From Hydrolagus colliei (lineage: Eukaryota), in assembly GCA_035084275.1 (NCBI GenBank), contig CM068743.1:74400001-74464000 (forward strand): 64,000 bases of DNA. Direction: 5' to 3'. The position numbers were made by a program, and so were the translations under genes. Shown here one piece after another: positions 13,569 to 26,666 of this stretch. Under the pieces are notes generated by a model. That model was not told the DNA's origin. It ran no database searches and saw only the letters and a list, made by a program, of their open reading frames with translations. Each line of letters starts with the position of its first letter. The first letter of the stretch is position 1.

Positions 13569-16500
13569 TGTACAGCCATGCTGAAGTGTCTCAAAGTCCT
13601 CCATGGATTTTCCTGTGAAGTGAAACAAACTCAAAACAAATTTATTTGAGCATGAATGCTGCAGCCAATTTACCCACAGCAAACAAGCTTTTAAGCTACA
13701 GTACGGATTGAACCAAGTCTTTGTGTTTCTACTGAGGCCTGCCTGGAACACTAATTGAATCCCATTTTCATTACATAATGGTTGGGGAAACGTAATTGAA
13801 TTGCTAACCAAATTCAATTTACTTGAACCCTCAGAGGGTCACCTATCCCATTTATATATAATTCTGTCTGTGCACTGCAAGTTATTTTTCTTTTGCATCA
13901 GTGCATCAGTGGAGGTGATAATCACCTTGCCGTTCAGTATAGCCACTTCTTCCTCCTAATTCAGTGGCGTAACTAAAATTCCACTCTGATGGTTTCAAGG
14001 GACAAAATATTAAGAGCCGTCTAAATAGATTTGAGTCATGCCTGCTCCTGATGGTCCACACTCCTTGATCAATATAATTTTAGGGAATAAAGTTTGTAGC
14101 ATTCCTTTAGTACCAGTTTAAACTGCTGTCAACAAAATAACATCTCACCTTTTGAGGTAAATGTTTCTCATTTTCTGGTATCAATACCCCAAATTTGACC
14201 TGATGGTTATTGCTTTTGTAAATTTGAGGCCCTATATCGGACTCTGAGTTGCTTAGATCTACATAGACTTTTTTCGCACAGAAACATGCCATTCGGCCCA
14301 ACTAGTTTGTGCCTGTATTCATACTCCACACGAGGCTTCATTTCCTGAAGAACGTATTCTTTCCAACAGAGAGTTGTTGAGATTTGGAACACCTTGCCAA
14401 GTGAGGGGATAGAGACAGATTGGGTTTGAAGAGCGAAGTTGATAAGTACCATATATGAATATTTTACTGAACAGCCTGTTCAATCCGTAAAACATTACTT
14501 TTTCGGTTAAGAATACAAATATCGCTCTACCATGGCAGAAACAACGCCGGAAGATAAATATTCAACAAGACCATTTACTTGCACTCTGATGTAGTGCCTA
14601 AAATTTACACAAAGAAAAATTGCCCATCCTACAGATTGAATAAAAATGGCAGAATAAAACTTGCAAACCACTTGCATTAAAGGGTGAGCTGGTAAGTGAC
14701 AGTCAATGTTAGCGTAACTTAAGAAACACCGCCAATTTTACCCTGAATGTATCTTTCAGATCATGATCTGCAGAAATCAGGCTTCAAAGTTAAGACTTGA
14801 TTCAAGAGTTTGCAAAATTCTGGACACCATAAAGTGTTACATAAATATCATAAATCTTTGACACTCTAATTTCTTTGATAGGCAGAAGTGCTGCTATTCT
14901 CATGATCTTTGATGCTAATTGCTTAATATCTTGAATGTCATAGAACATGTCAGTCCATTTCCGCCCGAACCTCATGCTAACCACCTCTAGCTATCTGCAA
15001 TGTGACCTGCGTAAGTAATGGCAGTAAGCACTGTTTGATATTTTGTTCAAGTAGGAGCTGCCTGTTCACAGATTTAATCAGAATATCACTCTTAATCATC
15101 CTTGCCTAGTGCAAATTGCATAAATATCAAATCACATAAATGCATTATTAAAGATTTTTAAGAAGGCTTCAGGACAGGAAAATCCATCAAGAGTGAAACA
15201 GATATTTTGCACTGGTGGTAGTCAAACGGTCATTCCATCTACATTGGTGTGACAAGAAAGTGCTCTTATTTTATTCCATATCACTGAGGTTTCTTGTTAT
15301 CGAAGATCAAAGTGTTGAAACCAATTCTGCATGAACAGTGGAAACCAGTTTACAGGTCCATTTTGATCAGATTGCAGTACTGTAAATTAATCCTGCTCTA
15401 CATATGAAATATGAGGAATTATTTTGTTCCCAGTGTTCAGTGCAGCAAATTATTTAATGTGGGCTAATTGGTTTTCTTTACAAAATCCAGCAAACAACAA
15501 CACATTACATTTATATTGTGCTTTTTCTGTCTGAAGAAAGTCCCAAGATGCTGGATAGTTAAGGGTTTGCACCCAAGCTGGGAGTTGGAATGAGGAAGGT
15601 GGGGGAACTAGGGGTGGAATAAACTAATTTGCCCCATGCACATATGATTATAATGCAATGCTGCATCTTATTGTTTCATTTGATTTATAAAGTCATTATA
15701 TTTTCAGTTGAAGTACACTAACTTACCAACACATTTTGGCAACTTTGCTAACCTCAATAAAACACAGCAAAGAAGTGCTGAATCCCCCCAAATTTGCTAC
15801 AGGGTTGGATAACCTCTTTGTACCTTTAAATACTAACATTGAACATTAAACCAGTGGTTACCATTTCCAAGAGAGTTCCTGCAAGAAGAAATGAAACATA
15901 TCTCTTCACAGTAGATCCATATTAAATTGCTTCGTGTCAATTATCCCAGGTTCCATCACCAACAACAACAACATAATTACATTTATAGAGCGCCTTTCAT
16001 GTCGGGAGATCGTCCCAAAGTGTTGACCAGCCAATCTACTCTGTTTAAATTCCAGATTCCTAATTACCGAACTATTTTTTGCTCTTTGTAGTTAACAGTT
16101 TCTTTATAAAATTGGCAAAGGGAACAAACAAAAAGCCTAAAAAGGCCTTGAAGATGATTTACATGTAAATTACATACAATAATGATCATCATGATATCAT
16201 CACTGCACTTTACAGAAAATTGAGACATCCTTGTTCCTTTTTGATCATGCCTTCTTCTGCACTCCGACCTCTCTCCCTCTCCTCCAGTCTACCTTGCCCC
16301 TCCCCCATGCTTGAGTCCCAACCCCAGCGCCTTGGGACGTCCTCCCGACATGAAAGGCTCTCTGTAAATGTAATTTTACTGTTGTTGTTGTTGTTGTGAG
16401 CAGTCTTGATTTGGTGATTCAGTGCAACTAGCTGTGCCAGATCTTAAAACTTTATATGCCAGTTAAAAAGTAATACCTCTAATACCTTTGCCATGTTAAA

Positions 16501-16712
16501 TGTTGGTGCGCAATTTGGCTGCCACGTTTCGCCCACTAATATACAGTTACTTTTCCTACTATTCTTCATCCTGCCCTGATCCTTCCCACCCTGCTCTTGT
16601 CCTACCTAACTACAGCGCCTTGGGACGTCCTCTCGATGTGAAAGGCGCTATATAAATGTAAGTTTTGTTGTTGTTGTGTAATTTTCCCGGGATTTGACAT
16701 TGTCATACACAG

Positions 16713-16788
16713 AGATAAAGACTATCATCTTCGAACTTATAAGTCAGTGGTGATGGCAAACAAGCTGATCGACTGGCTAATCGCGCAG
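16713..16788 (+). CDS. PREX2: PREX2 exon (~14), DEP2: [25 protein letters not shown]
   Basis: tacacag|AGAT ... GCAG|gtaagg; 76 nt. Confidence 0.95.
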
Positions 16789-17011
16789 GTAAGGTGATCA
16801 ACATCAGACACTCTTTCTCATGTTGTGTAGCCCTCTGGTGAGATCGCTCATTTGGTTCGGTTGTTTGATGTGTTTTACATACAAAGAAAGATGCCAATAA
16901 AGTGTATTTGCTGGCAAATGTGGAGTGAGTGTAAATATTGTATACAGTATGCACAGTGGTCAAGTACTCGTGAATTATTTTTGTGGTCACTGCAGTTTGT
17001 GTATTCCACTT

Positions 17012-17350
17012 GAGCTCCTGTGGCTCAGTGGTTAGAGCACTTGTCTTGCAAGCTGGGGAGACCAAGCTGGGGAGACCTGTGTTCGAATCCGGGCAGGTCA
17101 GGGCGAAACCTTGGGCAAGTTTCCTTACTCCACATGCCTAATAATAATCCCTCCAAAAAAACCCACAATAGTAAAATTGGTCATTTCAATCCACGACTGT
17201 GTGTGGGACACTGCTGTGCGCATATGGCTGCCGCGATTCGCCCACAAATATATACAGTCAATTCACTTTACAGTATATTCTGTGAAGCGCTTTGGGACGT
17301 TGATAAAATGTGGAAAGCACTATATCAAATGCAAGGATTATTATTATTAT
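17012..17350 (+). mobile_element. tRNA-derived SINE, full length, with a small internal duplication (caagctggggagac x2)
   Basis: A/B boxes, shared body, (TAT)n tail. Confidence 0.9.
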
Positions 17351-18320
17351 AGTTTGCTTCCAGTGGCAGAGTGGACCTTGAGTTGAGTAAATATATGTAG
17401 TTGAACCACAGGGATGCATGTTAATCGGATACCAAGAGGAAAGATGCTTAGATCTAGATTTCAGATAGAGTAGAATGGAGAGGCAATTGAATGTAAATCA
17501 GTGCTGGTGAGCTACATTGAGAAGATATCAAGCAGAAGACTGACAGAGCACTGATTATATACATGCATGAGAACAGGAGGAATGAAACTTGGGTTAAGTG
17601 AATTAAATCTCTGGTTCGTAATGAATTAGGGGCAAGTTCTGGGATTGATGCATGGTAAATTGGAGCCAGTGTATGAATTATTTGGAGGGAAGAGAATGAA
17701 TTTATGCTCTTCAGTTTAAGGGTGAAGCTGAGATTTAGTGCATTTTATTGCTGATCATAAACTAGAGTCATTCTGGATATTGGTTTTGTGAAAAGTACAT
17801 CTAACAATGTACACCATTAGAGCATTTGCCAGCTGTTTAAACTTTTTAAAATCTAAAATAACATTTCATCACTAATCCTTGACTGTGCTTGAAATTGCAC
17901 AGACTTTAAAAACTATCTGAATTTGCCCAATGTTCATTATACAACTCCTGAGAAAAAGAACTTTACTCATGTATTAATGTTCCCTTTAATCATATTGTGA
18001 AGCAATTGTGACAGTGTGCTTGGAGCTGTTTCCCAAATGAAGGCATCAAGTGATGTGAGAAAATAAAGAAGTTGCATTGTATTTATTAAACTTAAACACT
18101 GATTTCAAAAAGATTGCAATTCCGTTGCCCTTTTTCAAGTGCAAACTTGAATCTATATGAACTAAATTAGAATTCTCTTGCAATGAAACATTTGAATATT
18201 TGCCCTTTTTGATAATAGAGTGCCTTTTGATAATCAGCACCTTATGTCCTACTGACGTGAAAGGCGCTGTACAAATGTAATTTTGTTGTTGATGTTGTTT
18301 CCATTTTGGGGAACTTGTGT

Positions 18321-18721
18321 GGAGTCCTGTAGCTCAGTGGTTAGAGCACTTAGCTCGCAAGCAAGAGACCTGGGTTTGATTCCCGGCAGGGCGAGATCTT
18401 GGCAAGTATCCTTACTGCACACTCCTAATAATTCTCAAAAAAATAACATAAAATAAATTGGTCAGTCAATCCAGGACTGTTTGTGGGAAACAGCTGTGTG
18501 CAATTGGCTGTGGCATTTTACCCATAAAATATAGTCAATTATTGTTTTCTGACGAAGGGTTGTAGACCCGAAACGTTGACTCTTCTTCCTTTCTCCATGG
18601 ATGCTGCCTGACCTGCTGAGTTTCCCAGCAACTTCTGTTTTGTTTCACTTTACAGTATACTCTGTGAAGCGCTTTGAGACATCAAGAAGATGCAATTACC
18701 AAATAATAAGGATTATTATTA
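18321..18721 (+). mobile_element. tRNA-derived SINE interrupted by a Penelope-like fragment
   Basis: A/B boxes; SINE consensus agtcaatt|cactttacag is split by an insert of about 105 nt. Confidence 0.85.
18541..18646 (+). mobile_element. Penelope-like retroelement terminal fragment with a minimal hammerhead-ribozyme-like core
   Basis: CTGACGA-A-GGGT-tgtag-ACCC-GAAACGTT followed by tctccatggatgctgcctgacctgctgagt...ttctgttttgtttc. Confidence 0.7.
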
Positions 18722-19200
18722 GGCATTGCATTGTAGAGTGGAAGGTGACTGTTCCTCCACTCCCCAGCCCCTTTAACAAATGTATTTATTGGAGAATATT
18801 TAAAACACTTTCTGACCAAGGAGTATGTCCGGTTTTATTAAGGCATTGAAACAAAATGGTACTTTTCTCATAAGGGAAAAAAAATCACAAAAGATACACT
18901 GTAATCTGCACCATAGTTGAATTATAATTTATTTCAGTTGGTTATTTCAATTGGTCATTTCAATCCATGACTGTTTGTGGGACACTGCTGTACACAATTG
19001 GCTGCTGCGTTTCGCCACATATACAGTCAATTCACTTTACAGTATATTATGTGAAGTGCTTTGAGACACCTAGAAGACGTGAAAAGCGCTATATCAAATG
19101 CAAGGAATATTATTATTATCATGTATTATGTTTCGAATAGAATTGTCTTTCTTGCCTTGTTAGAACCTACAATTTAGCATGTCTGTTATTTTGTTACCAG

Positions 19201-19273
19201 GGGGACTGTAGAACTAGAGAGGAAGCAATAATCCTGGGCGTGGAACTGTGTGATAATGGTTTTATGCACCACG
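19201..19273 (+). CDS. PREX2: PREX2 exon (~15), DEP2: [24 protein letters not shown]
   Basis: ttaccag|GGG ... CACG|gtaagg; 73 nt. Confidence 0.95.
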
Positions 19274-19795
19274 GTAAGGTTCAATTCAGTGCATGATTCG
19301 AATTTAAGTCTTAAAATAGTATTACAGTACAAATGTCTGTGTTGAGTCTCAGTCATAGGTGCTGAATGACAAAGGCTATAAGGGGTTCACTCAGCCTGAT
19401 TCCCCTCAAAAAATATTTTCACTCATTGCAAATGGTCTCGGTGTTGCTGCATTCTAACATGTTGTGTACTATATAATTTAAATTGCCAATTTTCCTGAAT
19501 ATATATAATAATATGTATACTATACATATAATATATGACATTCAAATTTATCGTCTGTCCAATTGTCACATCCCATAACACTGCTCTGACATTAACCTCC
19601 GTCCTACATTAATGTGGTAAAAATGTTTCATCCAAAACTTTGCTTCTGGCTAATTTAAGGTGTGCTGAGTCTAGATAACTCATAATCATTGGATGCCTTT
19701 TAAAGTCTTTAAATAGAAGTCAGTTGTTACAGTAGGTGATGTACTTTGACTTGATTTAGAGATTGATGCAGCACTTCACAATGTTTCCCCTGCAG

Positions 19796-19938
19796 TTTTG
19801 GAAAAAAGTGAATTTAAGGATGAACCTCTCTTATTCCGTTTTTTTGCTGACGAAGAAATGGAGGTTTCAAACGGGAGGCAGAGGCACACTCGGCATGACT
19901 TGAAGATCGTTGAAAATGTCATAGCCAAGTCATTGCTG
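19796..19938 (+). CDS. PREX2: PREX2 exon (~16): (V)[47 protein letters not shown]
   Basis: cctgcag|TTTTG ... GCTG|gtgagt; 143 nt. Confidence 0.95.
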
Positions 19939-20042
19939 GTGAGTAGAGTTGATTCGTTGCAATAGGAAACCAATGGAAATATTGTGAATATGTGCGAGTC
20001 TGATATAGGTTTCCTGTACAGTGTCAATGATGAAAAATTAAT

Positions 20043-20332
20043 GGAGTCCTGGAGCTCAGTGATTAGAGCACTCGCCTTGCAAGCAAGAGATCAGGGTTCA
20101 ATTCCATGCAGAGCGAAACCATGGGCAAATTTCCTTACTCCACATGCCTGATAATAATTCCTAAAAAAATAAAATAATTTAGCTATTTCAATCCATGACT
20201 GTTTTGTGGGATTAGCTGCCACATTTCACCCACAAAATATAGTAATTTAATTTTAAAGTATATTCTGCAAAATGCTTTGAGACATCCAGAAGACATGAAA
20301 AGCGCTATATCAAATGCGAGGATTATTATTAT
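20043..20332 (+). mobile_element. tRNA-derived SINE
   Basis: A/B-box head, shared body and tail. Confidence 0.85.
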
Positions 20333-21039
20333 AAGTCTCATAACCTATTTTGTTATAACGTGGGTTTGCTTAGAAATTTACAACACAGCAGGAGGTTGTT
20401 AGGCCCATTGTATCACTTGGAGATTGGGTGCTCTGAGGACCTGTCACCAACTTCCTGTAGACCAGCTGAAGAATACTGCTCTACAGTTATCTGACAGCCA
20501 TTTGGCCCCCTCCATTAAAAACCGGTTTGGGGTTTTACTGTAACCCCAACTGATACTGCATTTAAGACAGGACTCTACTGCATTTCTTAGCAGTATTCAT
20601 TTTGTTATGTATTCGTTCAGTCATCAAATTTATTTAACCAATCATCTTGAACTCCTTGTCTCAATCCTTGCCTCTGGCCCTATCTTTGTCTATCTTCAAA
20701 TCATACTTGAAGACTTTCCTTTTCAACCGCACCTTTGGTCGCCTGGTGACAGTATGCGCTCTCTTTCAAAGTATATTGATTTACTTTTCAAGTATAGTGT
20801 TTAACTACATTTATCACATTTCTTGCAAGGAAATTCAATTGTAAATGGATTATTGCAATTATAGTTTTAAATCATTAACTAACGTCAATTGAAAAATGGT
20901 CATTAGTCATGCAGGCCTTCAATTACTTTCAGGATTTATGAATATTGTTGCTGAATTAATGTGAAATGTGTAATACTAAAACATTAATAATATATGGAGT
21001 AACTGATAAGCCAGGTCTTTTGTACAGTGTGGTGTTTGA

Positions 21040-22320
21040 ACAACAAGAACAACAAAATTACATTTATAGAGTGCCTTTCACATCGGGAGGATGTCCCAAG
21101 GCGCTGAACAGTCAGGACGGGACCCAAGCAAAGGAGAGGGGCAGGGAGGGGGGAGGGGCGGGAGAGAATTAGGACGGGAGGGAGAGAGTTGGGAGTAGGG
21201 TCCGGCGATATATTGATATATCGCTGAAACCCGTATATCGCTGAAAACCGATATCATTTTCATATTGATACGCCGATATAGGCATTTCAAAAATATCGAT
21301 ATATCGAAAAAGTCGATATATTGAGGGAAAAAATCGGAATGCGCGCACACTGAACTACAAGACCCAGAATGCTCATCTCTATGCACAATGCACAGATCGA
21401 GGTGCAAAGCCACCATATTGTATTCATAGTACTCGAATACAATATACAGGTATGCAAGGGGTGGTGGGGGAGAGAGAGACGGCATGGGGTGATGGTGGGA
21501 GAGAGGGACGGCGGCGGGATGGGGAGGAGAGAGGGACGGCGGCAGGGGGTGGGGGGGTGGGGGGAGAGACGGGGTGGATGTGATACTATACAGATAGATA
21601 GAGATGGGGGGGATGTGAGAGAGGAGAGAGACACAGAGACACAGACAGAAAAACACAGAGATGGAGAGAGTGAGTGTGAGACATACAGAGAGAGAAAGAT
21701 ATTTCTCTCTCGGGGAGATAGGCCCCGAATGCGCGCGCGGGCGCATGCGCAGTATAAAAATCCTGAAAATATCGATATTTTGGTATATCTTGATATGAGC
21801 CCATCGATATATCTAAATCGGAAAATTTCCATATCGACGGACCCTAGTTGGGAGGGCAGCAGAAGGCACAGTTGAAGAGGAGGGTCTTGAGACCGGCCTT
21901 GAAGGAGGGAGGGAATGAGGCAAAGGGCCTGTGTGATGGAGTTCCAGAGTTTGGGGACAGAGATGCTGAATGCTCGGCCGCCGATGGTAGGGCAGGTCGG
22001 GCAAGGGACATGGAGCAGGCCTGAACTCGCTGAACGGAGGAGGTGGGGAGGTTCATAGGGGGACAGCAAGTTGAAGAGGTAGTGGTGGAGGGGCAAGGCC
22101 GTAAATGCCTTTGAAGGTGAGGACGAGTATCTTGAATTCGGTCTTCTGGGAATGGGGAGCCAATGGTGGGAGAGGGTGGGAGTGATGTGGTCGCGGAGCT
22201 TGGTGCAGGTGAGGACACGAACTGCAGAGTTCTGGATGATCTGGTGTTTGTGAAGGTAAGAACCAGGAAGGCCGATGAGGAATGAATTTCCATAGTCGAG
22301 CCTTGATGTAATGAATGCGT
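21040..22320 (-). mobile_element. L2 LINE 3' fragment interrupted by a hAT MITE
   Basis: FKILVLTFK and KLWNSI motifs; highly similar to the copy at 33072. Confidence 0.88.
21196..21846. mobile_element. hAT-type non-autonomous element (MITE), 651 bp
   Basis: TIR TAGGGTCCG(G/T)CGATAT, 15/16 match; perfect 8-bp TSD GTTGGGAG at 21188-21195 and 21847-21854. Confidence 0.9.
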
Positions 22321-22586
22321 GAAGCTATCATAATACAAATCGTTACACATGAGAAGCACCTTATAATGTCAAAACATTTCAAAGTGCTTCTTGGATTTGC
22401 TGTGTATTTTGTAGGTAAAAGTGACAGCCCATAAACAGTGATGAAGTAAATGATCATATTTTACTGGGAGAAACATCCTTCTCTTTCACCTTTAATGGGA
22501 CGTCTTCTTTATTGAAAGGCGCTATACAAATGTAATTGTGTTGTTGTTAATGTCCACAGGAATAGATAGACAGGACGTTTTGTAGA

Positions 22587-22910
22587 ATTATAGAATATTA
22601 TAGCACAGACAGAATCCATTTGTGCTCTTTGGAAGAGCTACCCAATCTCCTACTCTTTCCCCATATCCTTGCAAAGGTTTCCTCTTCAAGTACCTATCCA
22701 ATTCCCTTTTGAAAGGTGTTCTTGAAGCTGTTTCCACCACACATTCAGGCATTGCATTCCAGACCATAATAACTCTCAGCGTTAAAAACAACTTCTCCTC
22801 GTCTCCCCAAATTCTTTTGCCGATTATCTTGAATCTATGTCCCCTGTTACTGACTCACCTGTATGTGGAAACAGTTTCTTCCTATCTACTCTTAACAAAA
22901 CCCCATATAA
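22587..22910 (-). mobile_element. CR1 LINE 3' fragment
   Basis: RVIMVWNAMPECVVETAS...FKRELDRYL motif. Confidence 0.85.
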
Positions 22911-23147
22911 TTTAATATTTGATTTAATGTTTTATCTGACAGACTGCACCTGTGACAATCACAGCTCCCTCAGCAATGCATTGGAGTGTCAGCCTATAGG
23001 TTTAAATTTTTGATATGGGTTTGAAAATGTAACCTTCTAACTTAGAGAGGCAAGCTGGCTATCAGCTGAGCTAGGCTGAGTTACTAATAGATCAATAGAA
23101 GGAGTGGTAGAGTAAGGTTACTTGAAAATATAGGTTTCAAATATATA

Positions 23148-23440
23148 CAACAACAATTTCGATTTTTATAGCGCCCTCCACGCCAGACGGCGTCTCAAAG
23201 CGCTTTACAATAACGGATTCTAGGACCGAGCCAGGGGCAGGGGCAGAAAGGTGACCAAAAGCACAGTCGAAGAGAAAGGTCTTCAACTGTGACCTGAAAC
23301 TGAGAAAAGAGGAGGCGAGGCAAAGAGAGTGAGGAAGGGAGTTCTAGAGCCTCGGGGTGTAGTGGCTGAAGGCACGGCCGCCGAGGGTGGAGCGGAGGAT
23401 TTGGGGGACATGGAGGAGGCCGGATCCTGAGGAGCGAAGG
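23148..23440 (-). mobile_element. L2 LINE 3' fragment (tail type B)
   Basis: Reverse complement closely matches 2710-2987. Confidence 0.85.
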
Positions 23441-23724
23441 AATACCAGGAATTTGAGAATACTGTCTTGGGTTCTTAAATACCTCCCCTGAATATTAGGA
23501 GTGATGTGTAGTACTGGAAGATGAATACTCCATGGCTGCGTGTGTTAGATGAAAGCATTCAACAAATCTGCTGAAAGCAATGCCAGCATGAGTTTGATAC
23601 CTGAAAAAGTTGCCCTCAGGCAGGAGATCCTTAATACTACTACTGAGGTTTATCAATATTGTAATGAAATGGGGGTAGAAGTCTATTTGAAGACAAGCTC
23701 GCAGTAATTGGAACAAAGAAGGTT

Positions 23725-24070
23725 GACAAATGACCTGATAGACATCTTTGTAATTATAGGGAGAAATTATTAGTGAATCAGTGACTGGAGGGCATCAATT
23801 TAGGATAGTTAGCAAACAAGCAAATGGGGGAGGTTATGAGTCGTTTTTTCACACGGAGTAGTTAGGAATATGGAATGCCTTGAAGGAGCGAAGGTTGAGG
23901 CAGAATTCATACGAGCTTTCAAAAGGGAACAAGATAAATACCTGTAAAAGCTGTAAACTACAGAGGTGTTGGGAAAGGTCATGAAAATGGGATTGAAATA
24001 ACTGCTCTTAATAGAGCCAGCATATATACGATGTACTGAGTGGCCTCCTTTTTTGCTGTCAATTTCTATG
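23725..24070 (+). mobile_element. CR1 LINE 3' fragment (degenerate)
   Basis: tttttcacacggagtagttaggaatatggaatgcc; ttctatggttcta tail. Confidence 0.75.
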
Positions 24071-24397
24071 GTTCTAGTTGCAATATTCATGTTTAACATA
24101 TTGTACAAACCCTGCTGCTGAAATAATTTTTTTACCTTTGCCACCAAATCTTCAGCGATATCTGCGCTGTTAGACAGATATTGAGATAATAATAATCTTT
24201 GCATTTGATATAGCGCCTTTTCTCGAAGCACTTCACAGATTATAATGTGAAGTAAATTGTATGTATATTTTGTGGGTGAGATAATAGGATTTTCATTCAA
24301 GCCTTGTTAACATTTTGCTTCCTTACTTCTAATTTGTAAAAACTGAATGTTGATAGATTTATGGCACTAAGTTTCCTTATTCATGCCACCAATGTGT

Positions 24398-24624
24398 GGA
24401 GTCCTGCAGCTCAGTGGTTAGAGCACTCGCCTTATAAGCGTGAGACCTGTGTTCGAATCCAGGCAGGTCAAGGTCAATCCAGGACTGTTTGTGGGATACT
24501 GCTGTGCACAATTGGCTGCCGCGTTTCGTACAGTCAATTCACTTTACAGTATATTCTGTGAAGTGCTTTGAGATTTCTAGAAGACGTGAAAAGCGCTAAA
24601 TCAAATGCAAGGATTATTATTATT
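24398..24624 (+). mobile_element. tRNA-derived SINE with an internal deletion
   Basis: Head joins directly to ggtcaatccaggactgtttgtggg; tail intact. Confidence 0.85.
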
Positions 24625-26275
24625 AAACAAATAGAGGAATGCAATGCACAGGAGGGGCCCGAGGATCATAGACGGTAACACACAGATGGTGGATCTTTTA
24701 ATATCTTTGGGGAAGCCTCTCACTCAGAGGATGGATGAACCAATTAACCAAATTGCCAATGATGAATTTTCAAAGGTAGTGCAGCACCGAATGATGGACT
24801 GACACAGTTGTTTCACTGCACCACAGTGACATCAGTGGTGACCCCCATGAGATTGGCTGTATCTCAGCACAGGAAGATGCCCAGATTTCTGGCACATGTG
24901 CAGAGCATTCACCGCTCATGTGATCGGAAACATTGTCCTGAATCATTGTCGTTCTCGCTCTCTCGTGTTGTCTTTGCCTGCCATAAACTTAAGCCGTTGA
25001 ATCATTTCCATTCAAACAGAAAAGAAAACAAATGATTCCACAGATGGAATCAGACATTTGCGGTCACCTTGCCTTGTACTTAAATGATTAAAAGCAGAGT
25101 TAATTCACATTCAGATGTTGTTTGAAATTGTGAGCTCTTTGTTGTGATCAAAGATCATTTATGTCTGACATTATAATCCAGGGTTGGGTGGGGGTGGAGG
25201 GGGGGTTGTTTTTGTACATGTGGAAAAATGTACTTTTCCACAATTCTTCTATAAAGGACATCTTTAAAACATTTCTTCTTAATTAAACTCAGCAGTTCCC
25301 TTAGATTGGGAGATATTCTATAATAATTTCATTGTCTTTGTGCACGTGAAGCACTTTGAGGCTTTTTGACGTGGTTCCGACAACACCAATTTGCATTTAT
25401 ATAGCACTCTTCATGTGGGGTAGCATCTCTGAGCGCTAAATAATAAGACACAATAAAAATGTAAGTTGTATCTTAATTCCCTGAATTTTCAGACTTGGCA
25501 AAAGTCTAGTGAGTATCTGAATAGCAGGAGAGTACAGCACCTCACCAAGGTGTTACTCACTGGATAATGACTATTGGGTGATGACCATGGTGGGGATTGG
25601 AGCTTATCTTAGCCAACAGTGAAACACACTTCACCAAATGACAACCAGGGACAACCAGGGCTGCTTTTTCATCTTTCTGACCAAGCACTGAGGGTTTTAG
25701 CTGCAGTCTTTGGCTATTGTGAGTTCAGGTAACTCAGCAAAGGCCAATAAACAAACCTTGGATCTTCCTCTCTCTGAATGGCTCAATTGCACAGAAACTG
25801 TTGCCACCCGAGCCACCCGAGCTCCGAGGAGAATTTTTTCAACAGTAGATAAACCTTAGAGTGTTTGGAAATACTACATGCTCCCATGATATCAGCATCA
25901 AGCTCGACCTTAATCTAAACACTTTTGAATCATCTCAGAAGGAATAGATCTGAAACGTATCCATGTCTGAAAATCCAGCTGGAATGGCTGTGTGTCCTGG
26001 CCAACAAAATATACCGTCAGTTCACTTCACAGTATATTTCTGTGAAGTGTTTTGATCCGTCTAGAAGACATGAAACGTGCGATATCAAATGCAAGGATTA
26101 TTATCACAGTTTTATCATCACCTTTTTCTTTGCTTATTATTGGCCATGTTAATGCATTGAAGAGGAAGAGCGAGATATACAAACACGTGAGGAGAAGGGA
26201 ATAGAAGGGTCGAGAGGGATTAAGGGAATAAGGAGTAGGTGGGGAGTCATCTGGAGTATAAACATTGCAGCATGC

Positions 26276-26663
26276 CATAGATTCATAGATTCATAGAATT
26301 TTACGGCACAAAAGGAGGCCATTCGGCCCATCTAGTCTGTGCCGGCTCTTTGAAAAGAGCGATTCAATCCCATTGCCCTGCCCGCTCTCCATAGCCTAAT
26401 AGACCTGTTCTCCCTAAATAAAGATCTAATTCCCTTTTAAAAGTTGTTATCAAATCAGCCTCCACCACCTTTTCACGCAATGCATTCCAGATTCGAACAA
26501 CTCGCTGAGTGAAAAAATTTATCCTCAGCTCCCCTCTGCTTCGCCTTGAAACTATTTTAAATCTGTGATCACGAGTCACAGATTCGCCCACGAGTGGAAA
26601 TAGTTTTTCTCTTATTTGCCCTGTCGAAACCCTCATGATCTTATAAACCTCTATTAGGTCTCC
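26276..26663 (-). mobile_element. CR1 LINE 3' fragment
   Basis: FFTQRVVRIWNALREKVVEADLITTFKRELDLYL motif; (TCTATGAA)n tail. Confidence 0.9.
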
Positions 26664-26666
26664 TAG

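Noticed and set aside
21078-22457. Longest ORFs in the track (222, 269, 168 and 171 aa) as novel genes
   Set aside because: They run through the low-complexity hAT MITE and a frameshifted L2 fragment, giving P/S/L- or G/R/E-biased translations with no coherent domain.
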